This document shows positions 29,320 to 39,649 of a DNA stretch of 64,000 nucleotides, piece after piece. Position 1 is the stretch's first letter; each line of letters opens with the position of its first letter. The notes below the pieces were generated by a model. It had not been told where the DNA came from, made no database searches, and saw only the letters and a program-made list of their open reading frames with translations. The position numbers and the translations under genes are program-made. The stretch comes from an uncultured archaeon (GTDB lineage: Archaea; Iainarchaeota; Iainarchaeia; Iainarchaeales; GCA-2688035), in the NCBI GenBank assembly GCA_964354805.1, contig CAYHBD010000016.1, positions 1 through 64,000 on the forward strand, given 5' to 3'.

Positions 29320-29481
29320 TCGAAGCAAATAATCAAACAAACGCTTTTTCAATGAAATGATTGCAATATGGCAATTTGATAAATTCCCAAATTTTTTAAT
29401 TCCTTTAAAAGGCAACTTTCCAAAAGCCGCCCAATTCTACCAAAATAATTATGTAGAGGAAAGCATTAAAAAGCTGCCCTT

Positions 29482-29940
29482 TCACGCCATCCCATGCTCT
29501 TTTTTCCACTGCTGAATTTTCTCCAATTCAGCAGTGTCTTTCTCAATCATTTTTTGGTAAAACTTCTCAGCATCACATTGTGTTGCTTCCAGCATTAACC
29601 TATTGATTGCTTTGGCTGTTCCCCTGCTTTTATTAGTTTTCAGCAACCTTCCCGCTGTTCTAATGCTTTTATTCAGTTCCAGCAGCCTCTTGCCTGCGCT
29701 GCCGATTCTTGTTTTGAGCAAGGATTCACAGTTCATTATGGACCCCACATTTGGGTTGGGGCTTGCAAGTTCCTTAGGTAGGGTTTCCAACAAAGGCTTA
29801 AGCGCTTTGTTTATTCCATCCAAACCCCCTGCATTAAGCCTCAGCCTAACAGCCCTTCTGGTAAGAATCAGCTGCCTGTCAAAAAAATGCGTTGTTTCTC
29901 TTTTAGCGCGTGCAGTCTTTTCCGCCCTTTTTTCAGCCAC
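29482..29940 (-). CDS. Hypothetical basic protein
   Basis: ORF only. Confidence 0.6.
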   Translation of the reverse strand: MAEKRAEKTARAKRETTHFFDRQLILTRRAVRLRLNAGGLDGINKALKPLLETLPKELASPNPNVGSIMNCESLLKTRIGSAGKRLLELNKSIRTAGRLLKTNKSRGTAKAINRLMLEATQCDAEKFYQKMIEKDTAELEKIQQWKKEHGMA

Positions 29941-30038
29941 TGCCCTACTTTTCCTTCCCCATGTTTTTTAGTCATTTTGCTTCAACCGCCTGTTTAATTT
30001 TTATGCCCTTTCTTCTTTTTAATAATTAGGCTTTTTTT

Positions 30039-30755
30039 ATGGTAAAAAATGTTGGCAAAAAAAGCGATTTTTGCCTGTGTGAATTGTCGCATTTAACGAA
30101 AGTGGACTTCTTTTTTGACCATGAACTGGTTAAGGCCAAACTGAAAAGCTTGCTTCTCATGGGAAAAAAAACAATTGAAGCCGAAACAAGGCCAGGGGAT
30201 CTGGTGCTGCTTGAGGGTTCGTACAAGCTCACGTATGAAACATTCCTTAAACTGCTTGGCAAAAGAAACTCGCCAAAATTGTTAAAGATATGGAAGAATG
30301 GCATAATGCAGAACCAAAATTTTTATTATGAGTTAAGACAGTATGCCGAGCGCAATGGGCGAATTGTTGAATCGCTCGAAACAAGCCCGTTCATTCCAAG
30401 GAGTAGGTTCTCCAGGCGCATAGCTAAATTTTCCGCTGAAACAAGTGAAAGGTTGCTTCAAATAGTTGGTCCGCGAAGGAATCTTTCTTTTGAGACAAAA
30501 ATTCGGAGAGCAATTGCAAGGGAAGTGCCACTGGGCAAAAAGATTTTGGCAATTGTTTCAGAGAGTCATGCAACGTATTTGGAAGAAAAAATGCGACCCC
30601 GCAAAGTTATTTGGCATGGTCCGTCTTTGCCAGTTATTGAGGAGCAACCGCTAACTAGGACACAGGTCCAACGGCTTAGAAGATTAACCGCATTGCAAAG
30701 GCGCGCAACCGCAAAAGCAAAAAAGCCCTTTCGCCGAACAATGAAAAAAATTTAA
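30039..30755 (+). CDS. Hypothetical basic protein
   Basis: ORF with Arg/Lys-rich C-terminal tail. Confidence 0.7.
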   Translation: MVKNVGKKSDFCLCELSHLTKVDFFFDHELVKAKLKSLLLMGKKTIEAETRPGDLVLLEGSYKLTYETFLKLLGKRNSPKLLKIWKNGIMQNQNFYYELRQYAERNGRIVESLETSPFIPRSRFSRRIAKFSAETSERLLQIVGPRRNLSFETKIRRAIAREVPLGKKILAIVSESHATYLEEKMRPRKVIWHGPSLPVIEEQPLTRTQVQRLRRLTALQRRATAKAKKPFRRTMKKI

Positions 30756-30794
30756 GACGGTTTTTTATCCCTTTTGCGCTTTCTTTCTTGCGTT

Positions 30795-31181
30795 ATGGCT
30801 CAGTACAGCAAGGGAGCGAATGCGGAAAGAGAGTTAATCCACGTGCTTTTTGATTCTGGTTTTTCTGTTGTGAGGATTGCAGGGAGTGGCAAAACAAGCC
30901 TGCCAGCACCAGACATCATTGCCCTGAAAAAGGGCAGGGTTATTGCTTTTGAGTGCAAAGCCTGGAGCGCAAAAAACCTTGCCATTCCGGTTGAGCAAAT
31001 GCAGGAACTCAGGCAGTGGTGCAGCAGGGCTGGAGCAGAGGCATCAATCGGTTGGAAGGTTCCGCACCGAGGCTGGTTTTTTTTGAAACCAGAGCAATTG
31101 CACAACAGCGGAAAGTATTTCCTGATAAGCCTGAAGGATGCAATGCAAAAAGGCAGAACACTGCAGGAGTTAATCGGCTGA
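30795..31181 (+). CDS. hjc: Holliday junction resolvase
   Basis: KGANAEREL, VRIAGSG, PDIIA, FECK. Confidence 0.95.
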   Translation: MAQYSKGANAERELIHVLFDSGFSVVRIAGSGKTSLPAPDIIALKKGRVIAFECKAWSAKNLAIPVEQMQELRQWCSRAGAEASIGWKVPHRGWFFLKPEQLHNSGKYFLISLKDAMQKGRTLQELIG

Positions 31182-31417
31182 TTTTTCCATGCCTTTTTAA
31201 ATCTTTTTTAGGGAATGTTCTTTTATGCGTCTTTCTGTTGAGGATATGATTGCTGAACTGCAGCTGCGCTTGCAGGAAACAAAGGGCTTGCACAATAAGG
31301 TGTTGTTGCAGGATGCGTTGAAATCACTGCAGGATTTTAAGAGAGTGAATGAGAAACCCCTCTGATTTTTTTTTGGGGTTATTGCTTTATCGGCTTTTGG
31401 CTGTTCGGCTGCCTTTT

Positions 31418-32080
31418 TTACGGCTTTATTACTGCCAGGTAAATCATTGTTACCAGTACAACGCCGATTGTTGCAATCAGCATCAGGGTCTGCGGTGTCA
31501 GTGCCAGCGGTGTTGTGAATAGCAGGTAAAAGCTTGCTGCAATCAGGGCAAGCTGCATTGCAATTAAGGCTGTTGACGCCGCTTTTATTAGCTTGCTTCC
31601 GAATACCCTTTGTTTTATTGCCCAGGAATCCCTTTCAATTCCGGCAAACCTGCCGTTTAATTCATTGATTTTTGCTTTTGTTTCCTCGTGCAGTTCAACG
31701 ACGTTTTTCACGCTTTGGTTTACCCTTGCCTGGAACATTGTTGCCTGGTTTTCGATGAAGCGCTGGTCTTCCTTGAACGCGTTCAGCGCCCTTCTTTCAA
31801 CCTTGTCAAGCATTTCATCGCTTATTCTGCCCACTTCTTCCCTAATGAATTCAGACAGCCTCGGTTTTTCCGCTTCAAAATAGTTTCCTACAATCTTGTT
31901 TATTTCGTTCTGCAGCAGGGCAAAGGTGTTTGCTTCCCCGAGCAACAAAAGCCTTCGCGCCTGGTCAGGCTTCACCCCAAGTTCAGCCAGGCTTTTGATT
32001 ATTTTTTCCTCTGGCTCGCCTGCCTTAACCATGTCCTGGATTATTGTAATAATGCTTGAAGCACTCTTGGCAGCTGGCAT
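31418..32080 (-). CDS. Hypothetical coiled-coil membrane protein
   Basis: Helical N-terminal region, two C-terminal TM helices. Confidence 0.75.
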   Translation of the reverse strand: MPAAKSASSIITIIQDMVKAGEPEEKIIKSLAELGVKPDQARRLLLLGEANTFALLQNEINKIVGNYFEAEKPRLSEFIREEVGRISDEMLDKVERRALNAFKEDQRFIENQATMFQARVNQSVKNVVELHEETKAKINELNGRFAGIERDSWAIKQRVFGSKLIKAASTALIAMQLALIAASFYLLFTTPLALTPQTLMLIATIGVVLVTMIYLAVIKP

Positions 32081-32312
32081 TTAACAAAACCTCTTTTGAA
32101 TTTCCTTTTTGGAATTATTGGCTTTCAAGTTAATAAAATCTCTTTTAACTCGGAATTATTTAGCGCTTTCAAATTAATAAAAGTTTCCCTTGTTAAAACC
32201 GAGCCAGTTGCATACATATATTGAATAGTTATATATGTGCAACCCCCTGGAAATCATTTGCCAGAGCCGGGGGCGTAATGCTTAAATACAATTTCGCCCA
32301 TTATCTAATGAA

Positions 32313-32837
32313 ATGCAGCACAAAATTGTAATCGCGTTAATTGTTTTCATTGCAATAGGCTTAGCCTTCTTTTTCTTGTACGGGCAGCAGCAAAGCCAGC
32401 CGATTGAAGAAGATTTTGAGCCAGACTTCGGGCCAGTGCCGGGCGTTGTTGTTGAGCCAGGGAACCTTGCGCCGACAGCAGGAAACTGCGTCAACCAGGC
32501 AACCCAGGAGGACAAGGACTTGTGCTGGAGTTGGCAGGCCGGGGATGAAAAAAACGTGCGCTTGTGCGATAACATCAAAGGTGAGCCTGGGGCAGGCGGC
32601 ACCATAAACGAAAGCAAAAAAATAATCTGCATTGAGGCAGTTGCAATTGAACTGCTTGACGAAGCAATATGCAGGCAGGAATTCACAGACAACAACGACA
32701 GATTGTACCACTGCATCACTGTTGTTGCAGCTGAAAAAATGGATTACAGCCTGTGCGAAAGCATGCCAGCAGTATACAAAGAACGCTGTCTTAAAGAATT
32801 AGAGGAAGAAGAAGGCAGCCCAGTAAGCTGGGGCTAA
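32313..32837 (+). CDS. Membrane-anchored Cys-repeat surface protein
   Basis: N-terminal TM helix; repeated C...A...D...C units. Confidence 0.7.
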   Translation: MQHKIVIALIVFIAIGLAFFFLYGQQQSQPIEEDFEPDFGPVPGVVVEPGNLAPTAGNCVNQATQEDKDLCWSWQAGDEKNVRLCDNIKGEPGAGGTINESKKIICIEAVAIELLDEAICRQEFTDNNDRLYHCITVVAAEKMDYSLCESMPAVYKERCLKELEEEEGSPVSWG

Positions 32838-32840
32838 AAC

Positions 32841-33182
32841 TTAAAGCAGCCGCAGCTTTCCTGTAATCCTGTCAATCTCTTTTTCTTCTGCCGGGCCAAT
32901 TGCAATGCAGGTAACAGTGCCCTTTTCCACCTGGGTGAAGCCGGCATCCCTTACAAGGGAAACAGCAAAGTGTTTCTTCGCCCTCTTATACAAATCAATC
33001 AGTTCCTGCTCGCTGCCAACTTTTAAAACAATTTTTTTCATTCCATCTGTGTTCCACTCTTCAAAAACATCTGGCGGCAGCTCATTCAAAACAGAGACAC
33101 TTGCATGGCTTGCCTGTGCTGCAATCTTCCCCTTGCCCATTTTCAAATCGCTTCTGACAACGATTGCCTGTTTCAAAGACAT
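32841..33182 (-). CDS. pth2: Peptidyl-tRNA hydrolase Pth2
   Basis: KQAIVVRSDLKMGKGKIAAQASHA, DAGFTQ, IGPA. Confidence 0.97.
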   Translation of the reverse strand: MSLKQAIVVRSDLKMGKGKIAAQASHASVSVLNELPPDVFEEWNTDGMKKIVLKVGSEQELIDLYKRAKKHFAVSLVRDAGFTQVEKGTVTCIAIGPAEEKEIDRITGKLRLL

Positions 33183-33289
33183 TTTCCCATGCCTCCAAAT
33201 ATTGGTTTTCTTACAGAAAATAAGCCACTTCTCTCAATAAAAATTTAATTGCCCTGCGCCTTTTACCCCTCTTTCTTCCATTGCCGGCA

Positions 33290-35422
33290 CTATGCTGGCG
33301 TTGGGCATCCTGCTTTGTTCCATAATCTCATTCTCTGCATCAGCGCCAGCATACTCATTTCTCCCCTTCTCCATTGAGGAATGTACAGGTTCATTAATGT
33401 ATCCGTGTTAACGCATTCTGGGCAGTCGCTTGGGCAGGTAGCAAATGTCTCGCCTGTTTCACATATTCCGTTGTTGTTGCAGTTTGTCTGGCATACATTG
33501 CCTTCATCTATTTCGCCATCGCAATCATTGTCTTTGCTGTCGCAGATTTCATCGCCGATGTAGCTGGCGAATTTGTATATGTGGACAGCGTATGGGCCGA
33601 ATGTTTCGGTTAAACTGCCAGCATTTAAGCTTCCCAGCTCTTTGCCTGAGTCAATTGTTTTTTGAACACAATATTTGTTTGCTGTAATGCCTGAAAAGCT
33701 TAGGTTGCCTGCCAATGTTTTTCCTTTTCTGAGGACGTCTGCCTGCTGCGTTAATTTTAGGAATTCAAGATTATTTTCCAAGCTTATGACGCCGATTCTA
33801 ACATCCCTGGCATAGACTTTCACACCAGGGGTTGAAATTTGAATTAGTAAAAAGTAGGTTCTGGTGTGTTCTAGCTCAATTCCCCCATTGGGCAATGTAA
33901 ATTCTTGCAGCCCAGTTCCGGAAATTTGTGCTTCGCCTTCAATAATTTTTGTATCAGGAGCCGCGTCCCTGTTTGGGTCAAAGTGCTGGTCCTCATTAGG
34001 GTTGGAGTTCACATATCCCTTCTTTCCATCGCTGTAAATTGCATACTTAAAGCTTATGCCTGCTTGCGGCAGCTCAGCAAAGTAGAGGTTAAATTTGTTT
34101 ACTCTCTTGTCTTCATTTGTTACGCCTGTTGAAAAAACCGCAATGTTCAGTTTGTTGGTTAAAAGCTCTGTTGGCCCTATGGGGTTCTCACCAGTTTCTT
34201 CATCATCTTCTGCACTTTCGCAGTCTGGGTCTTTGCCATAATCTATTAAGTTATCCCAGTCATTGTCGATGCCATCACTGCATTCAAATGCAGGGAAAAC
34301 ATTGCCCAAACTGTCAAAAAAGTGCGCTTTTAAAAGCATGGTTTCGTGGCCATCTGTGTAATCAAAGTATTTTGAGGTTTCCTCTGCAACGTTTGCGCAA
34401 ATGACATAATTAGCTGTTTTTCCGTTTTCCTCTACATCCCATACCTTGCAGTTAATGTTTCCAGGTGATGTGATTGAAATCCCTGTTGAGAATGGTGAAA
34501 GAAATATATTGCTGTGCCGTTGTATATCTAGGGCAAACTTTTTGATGCCCTCAAAAAGCCTTGGCGAATCCAGAATGCTATAGTTTGAGGCTGGTAGCTC
34601 AAAATCGTCATCTCTGTCACCGTCAGCTTTTCTGAACGCATACATCACAACACCTTTTGCTCCGTGAATAATTGAATCATATGCCTGCACTCTGATTTCA
34701 TCAACTGTGGGCTCCCTCTCAAACCGCCTATATTTATCTGGCTGGTATCCGGTTATACTCAAGGCAACTATTGCAGGTTTTTCCTTCATGTTTTCTACAG
34801 CGCCCTGCATGCTTTCCCCGCAGCCTTTTACATCCATCCTGGGCACTCTATACCCTGCTTGAACTTGAGCAATGTCAACATACGGGTATTGTTCTGCTAG
34901 GTATGGCCCGTGTGCACCAGTTATTGTTGGAGTAATGGAAACAAACCTGTTGCAGAGGTCGTTGGCTCTAATTGTATCACTGTACAAGCGCACATTCCCC
35001 CTTATATCTGTATACAAATTTGGTTCTCCGTAAACTTCCCAGCCTATTACGTTTGGGTTATTGTGTTGGCTGCCTAACGTGTCCAATTCTAATTTTCCAT
35101 CTACTACCTTTAAAGCCGATTGCGCCACCATTTTAACCTTGTTTCCTACAGCCGGGTCCTTAATGTAGTCAAAAGCATATGGCGTGTCATGTATTATGAA
35201 ATTGAAATATCTGCTGTATTCGTAATCTTTGAGGGTTTCTGTGAGGGTTTTATTTAGCCCCCAGCTGTAAAAACTCCAGAATCCGATTGGAAAAAACCCC
35301 TGCCTGTTAATAGCAATGTTACCTTGGTCAATAGTGACAACAGGGCAGTATTCCGGCAGCGCGCTCGCTGCATTGGTTAAAACTAAGAAAAATAAAATGG
35401 TGGCAATTACATTGGCTTTCAT
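33290..35422 (-). CDS. Secreted clan GH-A-like protein with Asp/Cys repeats and shared C-terminal module
   Basis: Signal peptide; FFPIGFW, VIGWEVYGEPN, IIHGAKGV; EICDSKDNDCDGEIDE; YIPQWRRGEMSMLALMQR. Confidence 0.65.
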   Translation of the reverse strand: MKANVIATILFFLVLTNAASALPEYCPVVTIDQGNIAINRQGFFPIGFWSFYSWGLNKTLTETLKDYEYSRYFNFIIHDTPYAFDYIKDPAVGNKVKMVAQSALKVVDGKLELDTLGSQHNNPNVIGWEVYGEPNLYTDIRGNVRLYSDTIRANDLCNRFVSITPTITGAHGPYLAEQYPYVDIAQVQAGYRVPRMDVKGCGESMQGAVENMKEKPAIVALSITGYQPDKYRRFEREPTVDEIRVQAYDSIIHGAKGVVMYAFRKADGDRDDDFELPASNYSILDSPRLFEGIKKFALDIQRHSNIFLSPFSTGISITSPGNINCKVWDVEENGKTANYVICANVAEETSKYFDYTDGHETMLLKAHFFDSLGNVFPAFECSDGIDNDWDNLIDYGKDPDCESAEDDEETGENPIGPTELLTNKLNIAVFSTGVTNEDKRVNKFNLYFAELPQAGISFKYAIYSDGKKGYVNSNPNEDQHFDPNRDAAPDTKIIEGEAQISGTGLQEFTLPNGGIELEHTRTYFLLIQISTPGVKVYARDVRIGVISLENNLEFLKLTQQADVLRKGKTLAGNLSFSGITANKYCVQKTIDSGKELGSLNAGSLTETFGPYAVHIYKFASYIGDEICDSKDNDCDGEIDEGNVCQTNCNNNGICETGETFATCPSDCPECVNTDTLMNLYIPQWRRGEMSMLALMQRMRLWNKAGCPTPA

Positions 35423-35829
35423 TAATTACTTTTAACGCTTTTCCCCTTTTTATTTCTATAGTCTTCAATCGCTTTCCGCAGGCCGTCCATTGAAAGAACA
35501 GAGCAATGCATTTTTTGCGGCGGCAGGCCATCGAGCTGGGCTGCAATCTTTCCCTTGTCGATTTCAAGCGCTTCCTGCAAAGTCATTCCCTTAACCATTT
35601 CGGTCAGCTTGCTGCTGGTGGCAATAGCTGCAACGCACCCGAAAGTTTTCACTTTAATATCCTTAATTATCTCTTCCCCCTTCTTGTTCTTAGCAACCTT
35701 AATGTAAACCCACATCAAATCGCCGCAGACAGGATTGCCGACTTTTCCCAATCCATCCGGCTTTTGTATTTCACCAATATTATGCGGGTGCCTGAATTCA
35801 TCCAAAACTTTATCCGAATACATTTTCAT
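35422..35829 (-). CDS. iscU: Fe-S scaffold IscU/NifU
   Basis: GNPVCGD, FGCVAAIA, KMHCS. Confidence 0.95.
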   Translation of the reverse strand: MKMYSDKVLDEFRHPHNIGEIQKPDGLGKVGNPVCGDLMWVYIKVAKNKKGEEIIKDIKVKTFGCVAAIATSSKLTEMVKGMTLQEALEIDKGKIAAQLDGLPPQKMHCSVLSMDGLRKAIEDYRNKKGKSVKSN

Positions 35830-35837
35830 TCCTCCAA

Positions 35838-37055
35838 TTAAAATTCATGCCCATGTTCATGCCTGTGCTCTACCTCGCTCTCAAACTTGCTTATGTCAAC
35901 GCCCTTGTGCAGTGGGCTAATTGAGCGCAGCTTTTCAACAATCGGCGGCAGCACTTTCAGAACAAATTCAATATCTTTCGCTGTAGTGCTTCTCCCCAAC
36001 GTAAATCTCAATGAACCGTGGCATTTCACATGCGGCAGGCCAAGCGCTCTCAGCACATGGCTTGGCTCAAGGTCTCTGGTTGAACAGGCGCTCCCAGTGC
36101 TTGCAGCAATTCCCTTATCGCTCAGCATCAAGACCATGCTTTCCCCTTCAACGAAATCAAACCCGAGGTTTGCGTTGCCTGCAATTCTCGGTTCAGCCGC
36201 CCCATTCAGCCAGCTGTTTTCAATCCGCAAACAACCCGTAACCAGCTTGTTCCGCAGCTTTCTTTCCCTTGCATTCTCCTCTTTCATCTCCTTTAATGCA
36301 ATCCGCAGCGCTGCTCCCATTCCAACAATTCCTGCAACGTTCTCTGTCCCGCTCCGCAATCCTTTCTCCTGCCCGCCGCCGTGCATCAGCGGATTGATTT
36401 TCGTGCCCTGCCTTACATACAAAAAGCCAACTCCTTTTGGGCCGTAAAATTTGTGGGCTGAAGCAGAAAGCAAATCAATGTCCATTTTCTGCACATCAAT
36501 CTGCTCTTTTCCAACCGTTTGCACAGCATCGGTGTGGAACAAAACCCCTTTGCTTTTGCACAATTCGCCAATCTCCTTAATCGGCTGCACTGTTCCAATC
36601 TCGTTGTTTGCGTGCATTACGCTCACAAGAATTGTTTTCTCATTTATTGCGGAGCGCAATTCATTCAAATCAACAAACCCGTTCTTGTCCACGCTGAGAT
36701 AAGTTACATCAAATCCCTGTTTTTCAAGAAACTGGCAGGTGCGCAAAACAGCGTGGTGCTCTATTTTTGTTGTAATCAAATGATTGCCCTTTTTCCTGTT
36801 GGGATAAGCTGTTTCCTGCAATGCAATATTATCGGATTCAGTGCCGCCGCTAGTAAAAATTATTTCCTCTGGCCTTGCGTTAATTGCCTTCGCAATCTGT
36901 GCCCTTGCCTTCTCCATTGCCTCTTTTGCCTCCTGCCCGAACAAATGCAGGCTGCTTGCATTTCCAAACCGCTGGCTGAAATATGGTTGCATTTCCCGCA
37001 AAACGCGCTTGTCAACAGGCGTTGTGGCAGCGTGATCCAAGTAGATTCTTCGCAT
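35838..37055 (-). CDS. iscS: Cysteine desulfurase with His-rich tail
   Basis: IYLDHAATTP, SAHKFYGPKG, STGSAC. Confidence 0.96.
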   Translation of the reverse strand: MRRIYLDHAATTPVDKRVLREMQPYFSQRFGNASSLHLFGQEAKEAMEKARAQIAKAINARPEEIIFTSGGTESDNIALQETAYPNRKKGNHLITTKIEHHAVLRTCQFLEKQGFDVTYLSVDKNGFVDLNELRSAINEKTILVSVMHANNEIGTVQPIKEIGELCKSKGVLFHTDAVQTVGKEQIDVQKMDIDLLSASAHKFYGPKGVGFLYVRQGTKINPLMHGGGQEKGLRSGTENVAGIVGMGAALRIALKEMKEENARERKLRNKLVTGCLRIENSWLNGAAEPRIAGNANLGFDFVEGESMVLMLSDKGIAASTGSACSTRDLEPSHVLRALGLPHVKCHGSLRFTLGRSTTAKDIEFVLKVLPPIVEKLRSISPLHKGVDISKFESEVEHRHEHGHEF

Positions 37056-37056
37056 T

Positions 37057-37374
37057 TTATTCCCTCCAGCATTTGCAGCCGTGGTCAGCATAGTGCTTTT
37101 CAAGCGCTGTAAAAATATCGCATTCATTTATTTTTTGCATGAATTCCTTCCGCAGCGAGTAAACAATTTTCTTTCCCCGCCTTTTTGTTTCCACAAATTT
37201 GCATTTTCTCAGCACTGCAAGGCTGTGGCTTACTTTGCTCTGCTCTTCGCCTGTTTCCTTAACAAGCTCTCCAACGCTTAGCTGCCTTTTCCTCAGCAGC
37301 TGGATTATTTTAATTCTCAGGGGGTTTCCCAGAACCTCAAAGCACAAATGAAAAGGGGTTGAATCAGATTTCAT
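37057..37374 (-). CDS. ArsR/SmtB family regulator, Cys-rich
   Basis: LGNPLRIKII...SKVSHSLAVL...YSL wHTH; C-terminal HGCKCW. Confidence 0.9.
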   Translation of the reverse strand: MKSDSTPFHLCFEVLGNPLRIKIIQLLRKRQLSVGELVKETGEEQSKVSHSLAVLRKCKFVETKRRGKKIVYSLRKEFMQKINECDIFTALEKHYADHGCKCWRE

Positions 37375-37391
37375 ATGAAATATGTTTCATA
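37368..37391. promoter_or_regulatory. Overlapping inverted repeats at the ArsR start (candidate operator)
   Basis: ATTTCATATGAAAT and TATGAAA-N4-TTTCATA; TTTATAAA at about 37397-37404. Confidence 0.6.
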
Positions 37392-37441
37392 TAAGGTTTA
37401 TAAAGCTTGCGCCTGGGCAATGAATTTTTTGCCCTGCATTT

Positions 37442-39538
37442 CTACGCCAGCGTCAATCCGTATGCGATGATGAATGATGCGAAGACAATGCTCACCATTG
37501 ACATTAGTTTGATTAGTATGTTTAGTGATGGCCCTGAGCAGTCCTTCAGCGGGTCGCCAACAGTGTCTCCGACTATTGCTGCCTTGTGCTGTTCGCTGCC
37601 TTTTCCGCCCAAGCCGCCTTCTTCTATGAATTTTTTTGCGTTGTCCCATGCTCCCCCGGCGTTTGCCATGAATATTGCGAGAACAAAGCCGCTAACCAGT
37701 GCGCCAATAAGAAGCCCCACAACTGCGCCCACTCCAATCAGCAAACCTACTGCAATTGGGGCAATTATTGCCATCAAGGAAGGCAGAATCATTTCCCTCT
37801 GCGCTGCTTTTGTTGTTATGTAAACGCATTTCGCGTAATCCGGCTTTGCCTTTCCCTGCATCAGGCCTTTTATTTCCCTGAACTGCCTTCTTACTTCAAG
37901 CACTATTTTTGAAGCAGTGTTGCCAACTGCCCTCATTGACAGGGAGGAGAAAAGGAAAGGAAGCATGCCTCCAATGAGTAATCCAACAATTATCTGCGGA
38001 TTCATCAAATCGAGGCTAAATTCTTTTCCAAGCAGGTTAACGTGCTCTTTGTATGCTGCAACAAGGGCAAGGGTTGTCAGCGCAGCCGAGGCAATTGCAA
38101 ACCCCTTTCCTGTTGCTGCTGTAGTGTTTCCCAGGGCATCAAGGGCGTCTGTTCTTTTCCTCACAATCGGCAGCTGTTTTGACATTTGCGCAATGCCGCC
38201 AGCGTTGTCTGCAACAGGTCCGTAAGCGTCAGATGCGAGGGTGATTCCAAGTGTGCTCAGCATTCCGACAGCAGCAATGCTGATTCCGTACAATCCAAGA
38301 TTCGCGTTTGCTGAGCCGCCTGAAAGGTAAAAGCTTGCAAGAATTGCGACAGCAACAGCAATTATTGGCACTGCTGTGCTCAGCATGCCTGTGCTCATCC
38401 CGCTTATTATTACAGTTGCAGACCCTGTTTTGCTGCTTTCAGCAATTGATTTTGCCGGCCTGTATTTGTTTGAAGTGAAATACTCTGTTGAGATTCCTAT
38501 CACAAGCCCTGCAACAAGGCCGCTCAATATCGAGAAAAAAATCCCGATGTGCTCTGCTCCCAGAGTGAATTGGACAATAAAGAAGCTGATTATTGCCACA
38601 ATGATTGCCGTGCTGAACACGCCTTTTCTCAAAGCCAGCAGCAGAACCGATTGATTTGCTTCCTCGCCGCTTCTTATGAAAAAAGTTCCAATTATTGAAG
38701 CAATTATTCCAACGCCCGCAAGCATTAATGGGACAGAAACTCCTTCAACTCCCAAGCCTGCTGCAACAGCCAGTGCCATTGTCGCAATTATTGAACCCAC
38801 ATAGCTTTCATACAAGTCAGCCCCCATTCCCGCTACATCGCCGACATTGTCCCCAACCAGGTCAGCGATTACAGCAGGGTTTCTGGGATCGTCCTCAGGA
38901 ATTCCTTTCTCTATTTTTCCAACAAGGTCAGCGCCGACGTCAGCTGCCTTTGTGTAAATCCCGCCCCCAAGCCTTGCGAAGAGGGCAACGCTGCTCGCCC
39001 CCATTCCAAAAGTCAGCATCGCTGACGTAATGTACTGCATTCTTGCTGCAACATCCAAGCCTGAATAAAACCAGTTGAGAAACATGAACCAGATGCTCAA
39101 ATCAAGCAAGCCAAAGCCGACAACAACCATACCCATTACGGCTCCGGCTGAAAAAGCAATCCTGAGCCCGCTGTTCAGGCTTTTTTTCGCGCCGTTTGTT
39201 GTCCTTGCATTCGCTTTTGTTGCGATAAGCATGCCAAGATAGCCGCAGAGGCCGGAGAAGAATCCGCCGGTCAGGAATGCAAACGGGACAAAAACAGTTA
39301 AGTGCCCCAAAAACACCAGCGCAATTAATATCACTTCAACAGCAGCAAAGAACAGCGCAATGATTAAATACTGCCTGCGCAAAAAAGCCTTTGCGCCCTC
39401 GCTTATGGCTGCGCTTATTCTTTTCATTTCATCCGTGCCCTGGTCCTTTCTCAGAATTGAAAAAGAAGTGTAAGCCGCAAAAGCAATCGCGGCAAGGCTC
39501 ATTACAAAAACGAATTCAATCAAGGCAACACCAAGCAA
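37442..39538 (-). CDS. hppA: Membrane-integral pyrophosphatase, K+-dependent type
   Basis: DVGADLVGKIE, PEDDPRNP, GNTTAATGKG, GDTVGDPLKD. Confidence 0.96.
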   Translation of the reverse strand: MLGVALIEFVFVMSLAAIAFAAYTSFSILRKDQGTDEMKRISAAISEGAKAFLRRQYLIIALFFAAVEVILIALVFLGHLTVFVPFAFLTGGFFSGLCGYLGMLIATKANARTTNGAKKSLNSGLRIAFSAGAVMGMVVVGFGLLDLSIWFMFLNWFYSGLDVAARMQYITSAMLTFGMGASSVALFARLGGGIYTKAADVGADLVGKIEKGIPEDDPRNPAVIADLVGDNVGDVAGMGADLYESYVGSIIATMALAVAAGLGVEGVSVPLMLAGVGIIASIIGTFFIRSGEEANQSVLLLALRKGVFSTAIIVAIISFFIVQFTLGAEHIGIFFSILSGLVAGLVIGISTEYFTSNKYRPAKSIAESSKTGSATVIISGMSTGMLSTAVPIIAVAVAILASFYLSGGSANANLGLYGISIAAVGMLSTLGITLASDAYGPVADNAGGIAQMSKQLPIVRKRTDALDALGNTTAATGKGFAIASAALTTLALVAAYKEHVNLLGKEFSLDLMNPQIIVGLLIGGMLPFLFSSLSMRAVGNTASKIVLEVRRQFREIKGLMQGKAKPDYAKCVYITTKAAQREMILPSLMAIIAPIAVGLLIGVGAVVGLLIGALVSGFVLAIFMANAGGAWDNAKKFIEEGGLGGKGSEQHKAAIVGDTVGDPLKDCSGPSLNILIKLMSMVSIVFASFIIAYGLTLA

Positions 39539-39649
39539 ACTGCATATTAAAAAAATGCGCGGTGTTTAAAAATATTTTGCAGCGGGATTCGCGGAAAAAG
39601 TCAGTAAAAAAGCGTGCAATTACCCGGCAATTCCCCAAATAGCGCTTTT

